A DNA stretch of 36,702 bases from an uncultured Flavobacteriales bacterium (GCA_938003665.1 CALKYI010000067.1:1-36702); one strand, 5' to 3'. Shown: positions 8,209 to 17,176, counted from the first letter of the stretch. Numbers and translations are program-made. Notes: a model not told the origin generated them from the letters alone.

Positions 8209-10839
8209 ATGGCCAAGAAAGCGACACCCCTTATGCAGCAGTACAATCGGGTTAAAGCCGATTACCCTGAAGCGCTGCTCCTTTTTCGAGTGGGCGATTT
8301 CTACGAGACCTTTGGAGACGACGCCGTCAAAGCGGCCGATGTCCTCGACATCGTGTTGACGAAACGAGGAAACGGAAGTGCGAGCGAAGTGGAACTCGCC
8401 GGCTTTCCCCATCACTCGCTGGACACCTACCTTCCGCGGTTGGTTCGAGCAGGCCACCGTGTTGCCGTTTGTGATCAACTCGAAGACCCTAAAAAGGCAG
8501 TTGGCATCGTCAAACGCGGTGTCACAGAACTGGTCACTCCTGGGGTCGCTTTTCACGACCAAGTACTCAATGCCCGGACCGACAACTACCTCGCAGCCGT
8601 GCACGGCGATAAGACGGGCTATGGCCTGGCGCTCCTCGACATTTCGACCGGAGACTTTGCCACGGCCGAAGGCGATGAAGCACTCATTGACCGGTTGCTT
8701 CGCGCGCACCAGCCTGCGGAAGTGTTGGTTCTGAAAAACCAGGCCTCGGCTTTCGCCGAAACATTTGGCAACGACTGGCACTTGAGTCGGTTGGACGATT
8801 GGGTGTTCAAACCGGATTACGCCCAAGAGCGCATCCAAAAGCAATTCGACAACAAATCCCTCAAAGGGTTCCAACTCGATGCAAGGCCTTTGGCCTTGCT
8901 CACGGCCGGGGCAGTTCTGCACTACCTCGACCACGCCAAACACGACCGGCCCAAGCACGTCCGCACCATCCGCACCCTGCGCGAAGACGGCACGTTGTGG
9001 ATGGACCGGTTCACCATCCGCAACCTCGAGCTCGTTCAGCCCAACCACAGCGACGGCACTTCGTTGGCCCAGACCATCGACCGAACCGGATCGCCCATGG
9101 GTGCGCGCATGCTGCGCCGGTGGCTGATCATGCCCTTGACCGAAGTCGATGGCATCAACCAGCGCCTGGACGCTGTGGAATGCCTCAACGGCGACGAAGA
9201 CTTACGCACGGGATTCCAAGCGCTTTTTAAATCCACAGGCGACCTCGAACGACTCGCCTCCAAAGCCAGCACCGGACGCATCAATCCGCGAGAACTGGGG
9301 CAACTCCGACAGGGGTTGGAAGCTGTGCAATCCATTGCGGCGCTTTCAGCCGGTGAAGCGCCCCTCCTGCCCTACCTCGAACGGCTGACCCCGTGCGACC
9401 AACTGCTCGAGCGCTTGCGCACGGAATTGGTCGAGGAGCCCCCGGTTAACCCCGCAAAAGGCCAAGTCATCGAACAAGGCGTGAGCGCTGAATTGGATGA
9501 GCTCCGAACGCTGAAAAGCAACGCCCAAAATGCGCTCGACGCCATCTGCGCTCGGGAAACGGAACGCACGGGCATTTCATCGCTCAAGATCGCGTACAAC
9601 CAGGTGTTTGGCTACTACCTCGAAGTCCGCAACACGCACAAAGACAAGGTGCCGGCGGAGTGGATTCGCAAGCAGACCTTGACCCAGGCCGAACGGTACA
9701 TCACCGAAGAACTCAAAGAACTCGAAGCCAAGATCCTCGATGCGCAAGAGCGCACCGCTTCATTGGAATTGGCCTGCTTTCACAACCTCGTTCAAGCCGC
9801 TGCAGGGCACATTGGGGACCTGCAGCAAAACGCGCACGTCATGGGCGCTTTGGACGCCCTCACGGGCCTCGCTCAAGTGGCGATTGACAACAACTACGTG
9901 CGTCCCCGACTTAACGATACTCAAGGCATTCAAATCAAAAACGGACGCCACCCGGTCATTGAACGTGCGCTCAAACCCGGCGAACCGTACATCGCCAACG
10001 ACGTTACACTCCACCCCGACAGCAACCAAATCCTGATGATCACCGGGCCAAACATGGCCGGTAAGTCGGCATTGCTGAGGCAGACGGCGTTGATCTGCCT
10101 GATGGCACAAATGGGCGGCTATGTGCCGGCCGCCTCTGCGGACCTGGGCATCCTCGACCGCATCTTCACCCGGGTGGGGGCATCAGACAACATCTCCTCG
10201 GGAGAGTCGACGTTTATGGTGGAAATGAACGAGACCGCCGCCATCCTGAACAACCTGACCCCTCGGAGTTTGGTGCTGCTGGATGAGATTGGACGGGGAA
10301 CGAGCACGTACGATGGTGTCAGCATCGCCTGGTCCATTGCCGAATACCTGCACGAACACCCGCACAAGGCGTTGACCCTATTTGCCACCCACTACCACGA
10401 ACTCAACGCCATGCAGGAACGATTCCACCGGGTGGTGAATTTGAATGTGACGGTGCGCGAAGTGGACGGCAAAATCATCTTCCTGCGCAAGCTCGCCCAA
10501 GGCGGGAGCAACCACTCGTTCGGCATCAACGTGGCGCAATTGGCTGGGATGCCCACGCCCATTTTGCGTCGGGCCAAGGAGGTGCTGAAACAACTGGAAT
10601 CAAGCCGCAAGCAATTGGACAACGAGTCCACACCCGCGGTCCCTGTTCCAGACATGCCCATGGCTTCCGACGTGCAGCTCAGCTTTTTCCAACTCGACGA
10701 CCCCGTTTTGGAGCAAGTGCGCGAGCAAATCCTCGACTTGGACATCGACAACCTGACCCCGGTCGAGGCGCTGATGAAGCTGAACGAAATCAAAAAGGTG
10801 GTTTCCGGAAGCGCGGCCGCAAAATCAGAACGCCGCTAG
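8209..10839 (+). CDS. mutS: DNA mismatch repair protein MutS
   Basis: 876 aa. N-terminus TPLMQQYNRVKADYPEALLLFRVGDFYETFGDDA, Walker A GPNMAGKS, and DEIGRGTSTYDG. Confidence 0.97.
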   Translation: MAKKATPLMQQYNRVKADYPEALLLFRVGDFYETFGDDAVKAADVLDIVLTKRGNGSASEVELAGFPHHSLDTYLPRLVRAGHRVAVCDQLEDPKKAVGIVKRGVTELVTPGVAFHDQVLNARTDNYLAAVHGDKTGYGLALLDISTGDFATAEGDEALIDRLLRAHQPAEVLVLKNQASAFAETFGNDWHLSRLDDWVFKPDYAQERIQKQFDNKSLKGFQLDARPLALLTAGAVLHYLDHAKHDRPKHVRTIRTLREDGTLWMDRFTIRNLELVQPNHSDGTSLAQTIDRTGSPMGARMLRRWLIMPLTEVDGINQRLDAVECLNGDEDLRTGFQALFKSTGDLERLASKASTGRINPRELGQLRQGLEAVQSIAALSAGEAPLLPYLERLTPCDQLLERLRTELVEEPPVNPAKGQVIEQGVSAELDELRTLKSNAQNALDAICARETERTGISSLKIAYNQVFGYYLEVRNTHKDKVPAEWIRKQTLTQAERYITEELKELEAKILDAQERTASLELACFHNLVQAAAGHIGDLQQNAHVMGALDALTGLAQVAIDNNYVRPRLNDTQGIQIKNGRHPVIERALKPGEPYIANDVTLHPDSNQILMITGPNMAGKSALLRQTALICLMAQMGGYVPAASADLGILDRIFTRVGASDNISSGESTFMVEMNETAAILNNLTPRSLVLLDEIGRGTSTYDGVSIAWSIAEYLHEHPHKALTLFATHYHELNAMQERFHRVVNLNVTVREVDGKIIFLRKLAQGGSNHSFGINVAQLAGMPTPILRRAKEVLKQLESSRKQLDNESTPAVPVPDMPMASDVQLSFFQLDDPVLEQVREQILDLDIDNLTPVEALMKLNEIKKVVSGSAAAKSERR

Positions 10840-12042
10840 CAGGAGATCCAGGTCCTTGTGGGCCAATCCAGACTCTTCTGCGAGGCCTGAATGGGTCACA
10901 TTGCCTTGGAACATGTAGATGCCCGAACGCGCGAAGGGATTCTTGCGAATGGCTCCATCCACCCCGCCATCGGCCGCAAATTCCAGCAACAAAGGCGCCA
11001 TGATGTTGCTCAGGGCTTTCGAAGCGGTTCGGCTCACCCGGGATGGGATGTTGGGCACGCAGTAGTGAATCACATCCAGTTCTGTGAACGTGGGGCGTTC
11101 GTGGGAGGTCACCCGGCTGGTTTCGAAGCAGCCGCCGCGGTCAATGGTGACGTCGACGATGACCGTTCCGCGGCGCATGCCCGCCACCATTGGTTCGGAC
11201 ACGATCAACGGCGCCCGTTGACCGGTGCCGCGGATGGCACCGATGGCCACGTCGGCCGTTTTGAGGGCCTCCTGCAATACAGACGGTTGAACGGTACTGG
11301 TCCACAGCCGCTGTCCCAACGCATTCTGCAATCGGATGAGGCGGTGGGGGCTGTTGTCAAACACCTTGACCGTCGCGCCGAGGCCGATGGCCGCACGTGC
11401 CGCGAACTCACCCACTGTGCCGGCGCCGATGACGACCACTTCGGTCGGTCGCACACCCGAGACGCCACCGAAGAGCGTTCCGCTGCCTTCCGGACCCGCG
11501 AGCAATTCACCGGCGATGAGCACCGAGGAGTTGCCGGCAATTTCACCCATGGCGCGGACCAACGGGAAGATTCCGTTCGCGTTTTGGAGGAAATCCCAGG
11601 CAATCGCCGTGGTTTTCTTTTTGGCCAGCGCCTCGAGCACCCCTTCGGATTGGACGGTCCATTGCAATGCGCTGATCAGGGTTTGGCCCATTCCCATCAA
11701 ACCGACCTCCTCAAGGGTTGGGGGCTCTACTTTGATGACCATTCCCGTCTGGAACACCTGCCGACGGTCGTATACGATGCGGGCACCCGACTCGCTGTAA
11801 TCCGAATCTTGGTAATGCGCTTGTTCTCCGGCGCCGGACTCGACAAGTACCTGGTGGCCGCGGGCGACGAGCAAAGCAACGGCTTCTGGCACCAAGGCCA
11901 CGCGCTTTTCCTGAAAGCTTTCCTCTTTTGGGATGCCAATGACCAGCTCACTGGTGCGTTCGGAAACCGCGAGCATCTCCTCTTGGGGCAGCAAGGCCGC
12001 CTCGCGCGCCAGGGACTGAATCCGTTTCTTGTTGTCGCTCAT
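10825..12042 (-). CDS. Alanine dehydrogenase / PNT-N family NAD(H)-dependent dehydrogenase
   Basis: 405 aa. Rossmann motif VVVIGAGTVGEFAARAAIGLGATVKVFD. Overall AlaDH/PNT layout with an approximately 35-aa N-terminal extension, as in Flavobacteriia proteins annotated as alanine dehydrogenase (recall). Its 3' end overlaps the mutS 3' end by 15 nt (convergent). Confidence 0.75.
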   Translation of the reverse strand: MSDNKKRIQSLAREAALLPQEEMLAVSERTSELVIGIPKEESFQEKRVALVPEAVALLVARGHQVLVESGAGEQAHYQDSDYSESGARIVYDRRQVFQTGMVIKVEPPTLEEVGLMGMGQTLISALQWTVQSEGVLEALAKKKTTAIAWDFLQNANGIFPLVRAMGEIAGNSSVLIAGELLAGPEGSGTLFGGVSGVRPTEVVVIGAGTVGEFAARAAIGLGATVKVFDNSPHRLIRLQNALGQRLWTSTVQPSVLQEALKTADVAIGAIRGTGQRAPLIVSEPMVAGMRRGTVIVDVTIDRGGCFETSRVTSHERPTFTELDVIHYCVPNIPSRVSRTASKALSNIMAPLLLEFAADGGVDGAIRKNPFARSGIYMFQGNVTHSGLAEESGLAHKDLDLLLAAF

Positions 12043-12056
12043 CGCTGCACAAATTA

Positions 12057-12560
12057 CTACATCCCGCGTTCATGCGGTACGGACAGGAAAAGCTCACGGG
12101 TTCCATCGTGCTGCAGGCCGTTCACCCGCACTTCGAGCAGCACAGCATCCGCAGGCAGAACACCCGGTGCCTGCTCCGGCCACTCGACAAAATTCAAGCC
12201 GTCCCCGTCAAAGTACTCCGTAAGGCCCAGGTCCCACGCTTCTTCCTCGTCTTTCAACCGGTACAAATCGAGGTGATAAATCGACCGGTCCTGGCCTTTG
12301 TAGCATTGAACCAGTCCAAACGTGGGGCTGACGGCATCCTCTGCGACATTCCAGGCCGCACACAGGGCCTTCACCAAGGTGGTTTTTCCCGCGCCCATCT
12401 CGCCTTGCAGCGCAACCACACCTGCGGGAATCGACCCGCCTTCTGCCGGTCGAAGCACCTCCGTCAAGGCCGGAATCAATTGTTCCGCAGCTGCGGGCAA
12501 GCCTTCCAAATCAAACGGCCCGGAGGCCCACACGCGGCGCAGCGATTGGTTCTCTGCCAT
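12057..12560 (-). CDS. tsaE: tRNA t6A37 biosynthesis ATPase TsaE
   Basis: ORF 12057..12596(-) trimmed to ATG 12560..12558, 8 nt after the porX stop. P-loop GEMGAGKTT, then SPTF and YHLDLYRL, typical of TsaE/YjeE. Confidence 0.85.
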   Translation of the reverse strand: MAENQSLRRVWASGPFDLEGLPAAAEQLIPALTEVLRPAEGGSIPAGVVALQGEMGAGKTTLVKALCAAWNVAEDAVSPTFGLVQCYKGQDRSIYHLDLYRLKDEEEAWDLGLTEYFDGDGLNFVEWPEQAPGVLPADAVLLEVRVNGLQHDGTRELFLSVPHERGM

Positions 12561-12568
12561 GGGAATCG

Positions 12569-14137
12569 TTATGAAATGGGATCCAACTCCACCCAAGGAA
12601 TGATCACCTCCTCCAAGGAGATGCCACCGTGTTGGAACGTATCCCGGAAGTACTGAGCGAAATGGTTGTAGTTGTTGGGGTAAACAAGGAAGTCATCTTC
12701 CCGTGCAAAAATGTACGCGCTGCTCACGTTGGGGCGTGGCAACCCTGCCTCTTCTGGTTGGCGAATGGCGAACACATCGCCCCCATCGTATCCCAGGTTC
12801 CGTCCGACCTTGTAGCGCAGGTTGGTGTTGGTGCTGCGCTCCCCTTTTACCTTGAGCGGGTTAGCGACGCGCACCGTACCGTGATCGGTGGTGATGATGA
12901 CGCGCGCTCCGCGTTCGGCCATCAGGTTCAACAGGTCCTTCAGGGCGCTGTGCTCAAACCACGACAACGTTAACGACCGGTAGGCCGCCTCATCCTCTGC
13001 CAGCTCTTTGAGGACCTCCATCTCGGTGCGGGCATGGGACAGCATGTCGACGAAGTTGTACACGACGGCCGTCAATTGATTGTCGTGCGTTTGGTGAAAC
13101 TGGTCCACCATCTTCTTCCCTGCCGCGAGGTTGGTGATTTTGTGGTAAGAGGATTTGCCGCTGAAATTCATGCGCTTCAGCAGCGCTTGGAACAGCTCCC
13201 CTTCGAATTTATTCTTGCTCCCCTCTTCGTCTTCACCAATCCAGTATTGCGGGTAAACCCGCGCAATCTCCGCCGGAGAAAGTCCTGCGAAGAGGGCATT
13301 GCGGGCGTATTGCGTAGCGGTTGGAAGCATCGAGAAGTAGGTTTCGTTGTGGGCCACACGGAACCGGTTCAGAAGCAGCGGCTCGATCATTTTCCATTGG
13401 TCGAGGCGCAGGTTATCGATCACGACGAGGTAGACGGGACGATCGTCCCCCGCCTCGGACCAGACCCGTGGCAATTTGGTCGGTAACAACCGGTGCGAAA
13501 GAACTGGGGTCTCTTCTCCAGGTCCGGCCATCCACTCCGCGTAATTCGACTCGTAGAACTTGGCAAATTGGCGGTTGGCGTCCTTGAACTGCATGTCCAA
13601 AACATCCGACATGCCCGCATCTTCTGACTGCTCCAATTCAAGTTTCCAGTGCACCAAGCGCTGAAAAATGGACGTCCAATCCGAAGCATCCAATCGATCC
13701 ATCAGCTGCATCGAGATTTCGCGGAATTCACGCTGGTAATCTGACATGGCCTTTTCGCTCACGAGGCGGCGCTCGTCTAGGTTCTTCTTGATGGCGAGCA
13801 AGATCTGGTTGGGGTTGACCGGCTTGATCAGGTAGTCGCTGATCTTCGAGCCAATCGCCTCTTCCATGATGTGCTCTTCCTCGCTTTTGGTGATCATGAT
13901 GACCGGCAAATGAGGCCGCTGGTCCTTGATGCGGGCGAGGGTTTCCAACCCGTTCAAACCGGGCATTTGCTCATCCAAAAAGACCAAGTCAAACACCTCG
14001 ACTCCGAGCTTTTCCAGCGCTTCAACTCCGCTGTTGACCGCCGTCACGTGAAACCCTTTGCCTTCAAGGAACAAGAGGTGCGGCCTCAACAAATCAATTT
14101 CGTCGTCGGCCCAAAGGATGCGTGGAGTTCTCTGCAT
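12569..14137 (-). CDS. porX: PorX-type response regulator: CheY-like receiver fused to a PglZ / alkaline-phosphatase-superfamily domain (T9SS regulator family)
   Basis: ORF 12569..14215(-) trimmed to ATG 14137..14135. MQRTPRILWADDEIDLL...DLVFLDEQMPGLNG...IKP is the receiver domain. VYLVVIDNLRLDQW and VIITTDHGT mark the PglZ core. 522 aa, the usual PorX size. Confidence 0.85.
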   Translation of the reverse strand: MQRTPRILWADDEIDLLRPHLLFLEGKGFHVTAVNSGVEALEKLGVEVFDLVFLDEQMPGLNGLETLARIKDQRPHLPVIMITKSEEEHIMEEAIGSKISDYLIKPVNPNQILLAIKKNLDERRLVSEKAMSDYQREFREISMQLMDRLDASDWTSIFQRLVHWKLELEQSEDAGMSDVLDMQFKDANRQFAKFYESNYAEWMAGPGEETPVLSHRLLPTKLPRVWSEAGDDRPVYLVVIDNLRLDQWKMIEPLLLNRFRVAHNETYFSMLPTATQYARNALFAGLSPAEIARVYPQYWIGEDEEGSKNKFEGELFQALLKRMNFSGKSSYHKITNLAAGKKMVDQFHQTHDNQLTAVVYNFVDMLSHARTEMEVLKELAEDEAAYRSLTLSWFEHSALKDLLNLMAERGARVIITTDHGTVRVANPLKVKGERSTNTNLRYKVGRNLGYDGGDVFAIRQPEEAGLPRPNVSSAYIFAREDDFLVYPNNYNHFAQYFRDTFQHGGISLEEVIIPWVELDPIS

Positions 14138-14154
14138 GAATGAAATCGTCTCTT

Positions 14155-14162
14155 CAAAAATA
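14155..14162 (-). promoter_or_regulatory. Candidate -7 box TATTTTTG (perfect), 17 nt upstream of the porX ATG
   Basis: The reverse strand reads gcgTATTTTTGaagagacgatttcattcATG. Confidence 0.5.
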
Positions 14163-14238
14163 CGCGCTACCGCTTTCGACAGGTTAACTTGCGCGGGGAA
14201 TAAACGCACCAACACGGCATTTCATATGCCCGGACTCT

Positions 14239-15474
14239 ATGTCGAATCACAACAAACATAAAATCCTGAACGATCCGGTTTACGGGTTCATCACCATTCA
14301 GCACACGCTGAGTTTTGACCTCATGGACCACCCCTACGTTCAGCGTTTGCGACGGATCAGCCAACTTGGGCTTTCCCACCTGGTCTATCCCGGTGCCGTG
14401 CACAACCGCTTTCATCACGCCATCGGCGCCCTTCACCTCATGCAAGAGGCCATTGCGGTACTCCGGGCCAAGGGAACTGAAATCAGCGATTCCGAGGCGG
14501 AAGGCGCGTGTGCCGCCATCCTGCTCCACGACATTGGGCACGGACCGTTCAGCCACGCCCTCGAACACAGCATCGTGAAGGGAGTTCATCACGAGGACAT
14601 CAGCACCCTCATCATGGCCCGCCTGAATGAAGAGTTCAATGGGGCATTGGACACGGCCATCGCCATTTTCAACGACCACCATCCGAAGAAATTCCTGCAC
14701 CAACTCGTCTCGTCGCAACTGGACATGGACCGCATGGATTACCTCGCACGGGACAGCTTTTACAGCGGCGTTGCGGAAGGCAAAATCGGCAGCGAACGCA
14801 TCATCAAAATGCTCGCGGTGGAAGACAACGAATTGGTGGTGGAGGAAAAGGGCATCTACTCGATTGAAAAATTCCTGATGGCCCGGCGGTTGATGTACTG
14901 GCAGGTCTATCTACACCGCACGGTACTCTGCGCCGAGTTCATGCTCATGACGGCCCTAAAACGGGCCAAAGACCTCGCCCAACAAGGGGTGGAAATTCAC
15001 GCCTCCCCCGCCTTGCGAACCTTCATTTACGAATCGTTGGACCGCACGCGGTTTTTTGCCGACGAAGCCATCCTTGATCAATTCTGCCTCCTCGATGACA
15101 GCGACATCCTCGCCGCCCTGAAGGTGTGGCAGTTCCACGAGGACTTTGTGCTGCGAGAGGTCAGCCGCCGCATCGTGCACCGCGACCTCTTTCGCATCGA
15201 CCTCCGTCCTGAGGCCTTTGATGGCGAGGAGTTGAGCTCCATCGTTGAGCGCACCGCCGCGCACTACGGCATCACCGAGGCGGAGGCTAAATACCTGGTC
15301 ATCAATGACCGCATCGACAACAAATTGTACGAATCAGGGGGCATCACCATCCGGTTTAAAAACGGCACAAAGGCTGATTTCGCGGATGCCTCGGATCAAT
15401 TGAGCCGGGAAATCCTGATGCGCACGGTGGCGAAGTCGTTCGTCTGTTATCCGAAAGAATTAGGCCGAGCCTAA
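14239..15474 (+). CDS. HD-domain phosphohydrolase (dNTPase/SAMHD1-like family)
   Basis: 411 aa. KILNDPVYGFITI...VQRLRRISQLG...NRFHHAIGALHL...LLHDIGHGPFSH...DMDRMDYLARD are the canonical HD superfamily motifs. Confidence 0.85.
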   Translation: MSNHNKHKILNDPVYGFITIQHTLSFDLMDHPYVQRLRRISQLGLSHLVYPGAVHNRFHHAIGALHLMQEAIAVLRAKGTEISDSEAEGACAAILLHDIGHGPFSHALEHSIVKGVHHEDISTLIMARLNEEFNGALDTAIAIFNDHHPKKFLHQLVSSQLDMDRMDYLARDSFYSGVAEGKIGSERIIKMLAVEDNELVVEEKGIYSIEKFLMARRLMYWQVYLHRTVLCAEFMLMTALKRAKDLAQQGVEIHASPALRTFIYESLDRTRFFADEAILDQFCLLDDSDILAALKVWQFHEDFVLREVSRRIVHRDLFRIDLRPEAFDGEELSSIVERTAAHYGITEAEAKYLVINDRIDNKLYESGGITIRFKNGTKADFADASDQLSREILMRTVAKSFVCYPKELGRA

Positions 15475-15477
15475 GGC

Positions 15478-17025
15478 TCACTCCAACTCGACGCCCTCGG
15501 CGTTGTAGAGGTGGAATTCCAAAATCTCCATGGACGAGTTGGACTCGACGTGGATTTTGATGCCGTGGGTGCGTTGCCACTGACGCAGGATGCTGTTGAA
15601 CCAGCCCTGCTTGATGTACGCTTCGATGATGGGGTGCATCATCACGGTTAAGCGCTTGTGTGCCTCCTTTTCAATGGCCTGGTGAATGGCCGATTCGATG
15701 GTGTCGGTGATGAGGATGGAAGCTTGAACCGCACCTGTTCCTTGGCACGTCGGGCACGCCTCAGAAGTCTTCACATCCGCTACGGGACGCACGCGCTGCC
15801 GCGTCATTTCCACAACACCAAATCGGCTCGGTGCCAAGATGTTGTGCTTGGCCTTGTCTCCCTTCATCGCTTCTTTCATCGCCGTCGTGAGCTCCTTGTT
15901 GTGCTCGCGCTTGGCCATGTCGATGAAGTCGATGCAGATGATGCCGCCCATGTCCCGCAGCCGAAGGATGCGGGCAATCTCTTTGCAGCATTCGAGGTTG
16001 GTTTGCAGGGCGTTTTCCTCTTGATCCTTGGCTCCGGCCTTTCGCCCGCCGCTGTTCACGTCGATGACGTGCATGGCTTCGGTTTGTTCGACGATCAAGT
16101 ACGCTCCGCTCCGCAGGTTGACTTGTTTGCCGAACGTCGCCTTGATCTGGCGGTGGATGGACAAGGTGTTGAACAGGTCTTTGTCCCGAGAGACTTTAAC
16201 CATGTCGGTCTTCTTGGAACCAATGCTTTGCAAGTAGGTCTTGACCTCATCGCCCAATTTGGCGTCATTGACCCGAATGCCTGTGCAATCCGGGGTCAGC
16301 ACATCCCGCAGAACGGCGTTGGTCTTGTTCAACTCGCCCAAGACCCGCTTTCCGGGCTTCGCATTGCGGAGTTTCTTGTGCATGATGCCCCACCGCGTCA
16401 CCAGGTCTTCCAAGTCCGCGTGCAAATCCGCCGCGCCTTTGTTCTCGGCCACCGTACGGATGATGATGCCGAAACCGGGAGGACGAATGCTCTGCATCAG
16501 GCGCTTCAAACGTTTTCGCTCTTCCTCGCTCTTGATGCGTCCTGACAAAGAGACCTTATCGCTGAAGGGCACCAAGACGATGTACCGTCCGGGCAGCGTC
16601 ACTTCCGCAGTCAAGCGGGGGCCCTTCGAACTGATGGGCTCCTTGGCTACCTGGACCAACACCACTTGAGAAGCCGAAACCTCGTCCTTGATCTTGCCCT
16701 TCTTATCAATTTCGGCCTCCTTTTTGAAGTTGCCCAAATCCGGCACCGGCTGCTTGCCTTGCATCGCCCGCTTCAGGTACTTCTGCTGGGTCCGGTAATG
16801 CGGACCCAAATCCAGGTAATGCAAAAAGGCATCTCGCTCGTGTCCTACGTCGACAAAAGCGGCGTTGAGACTGGGCAATACCTTTCTGACTCGACCCAAG
16901 AATATATCTCCGACCAAGTAGGCTTTGTCTCCAGAATCGCGGTGCAACTCAACGAGCTGCCCGTCCTCCAACAAAGCTATCTCCACCTTTCCTGAGGTGG
17001 AGTTGATGACCAATTCTTTGCTCAC
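15478..17025 (-). CDS. rng: Ribonuclease G/E family endoribonuclease
   Basis: 515 aa, GTG start (17025..17023). S1 domain LVGDIFLGRVRKVLPSLNAAFVDVG, catalytic core IIDVNSG-like HVIDVNSGG, and GGIICIDFIDM. Confidence 0.9.
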   Translation of the reverse strand: MSKELVINSTSGKVEIALLEDGQLVELHRDSGDKAYLVGDIFLGRVRKVLPSLNAAFVDVGHERDAFLHYLDLGPHYRTQQKYLKRAMQGKQPVPDLGNFKKEAEIDKKGKIKDEVSASQVVLVQVAKEPISSKGPRLTAEVTLPGRYIVLVPFSDKVSLSGRIKSEEERKRLKRLMQSIRPPGFGIIIRTVAENKGAADLHADLEDLVTRWGIMHKKLRNAKPGKRVLGELNKTNAVLRDVLTPDCTGIRVNDAKLGDEVKTYLQSIGSKKTDMVKVSRDKDLFNTLSIHRQIKATFGKQVNLRSGAYLIVEQTEAMHVIDVNSGGRKAGAKDQEENALQTNLECCKEIARILRLRDMGGIICIDFIDMAKREHNKELTTAMKEAMKGDKAKHNILAPSRFGVVEMTRQRVRPVADVKTSEACPTCQGTGAVQASILITDTIESAIHQAIEKEAHKRLTVMMHPIIEAYIKQGWFNSILRQWQRTHGIKIHVESNSSMEILEFHLYNAEGVELE

Positions 17026-17062
17026 GCAGGAATCGGATTAGCGCATAGAAGCAATGCATTCA

Positions 17063-17079
17063 CCGGGGAAAATCCCCGG
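17063..17079 (-). other. 7-bp GC-rich hairpin (CCGGGGA-ttt-TCCCCGG) between the bS22-like ORF and rng
   Basis: Read directly. It sits 8 nt after the TAA of the micro-ORF and 37 nt before the rng GTG. There is no strong U-tract after it, so it could be an attenuator, a processing site or a leader structure rather than a clean terminator. Confidence 0.35.
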
Positions 17080-17086
17080 CGAACCC

Positions 17087-17176
17087 TTACTTCTTCTTGT
17101 GACGATTTTTGCGCAATCGCTTCTTCCGCTTGTGGGTCGCCATCTTATGTCGCTTGCGTTTTTTACCGCTTGGCAT
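17087..17176 (-). CDS. 29-aa ultra-basic peptide, bS22 / AURKAIP1-COX24-like small ribosomal-protein candidate
   Basis: Absent from the ORF track because it is too short. Reverse strand ATG 17176..17174 to TAA 17089..17087 gives MPSGKKRKRHKMATHKRKKRLRKNRHKKK. It starts 11 nt after the stop of the upstream TPR gene. The peptide closely matches, from memory, short proteins annotated in Bacteroidota as AURKAIP1/COX24 domain-containing. Confidence 0.7.
   Translation of the reverse strand: MPSGKKRKRHKMATHKRKKRLRKNRHKKK

Noticed and set aside
8200-9048. 282-aa minus-strand ORF
   Set aside because: It is antisense to the mutS 5' region, and no motifs are recognisable. Shadow ORF.
10891-12276. 461-aa plus-strand ORF, among the longest in the window
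   Set aside because: It is entirely antisense to the ald-like gene and tsaE, both of which have clear family motifs. Its translation is R/G/H/A-rich with no recognisable domain. This is a typical shadow ORF of GC-rich, codon-biased DNA.
14216-14230. Inverted repeat GGCAT-ttcat-ATGCC, 9 nt upstream of the HD-domain gene start
   Set aside because: It is a 5-bp stem only, occurs as a single copy and has no partner site. It could be an operator or leader hairpin, but the evidence is too thin to call.
15658-16545. 295-aa plus-strand ORF
   Set aside because: It is antisense to rng, which has S1 and catalytic motifs. The translation is junk-like and rich in R, H, L and G.
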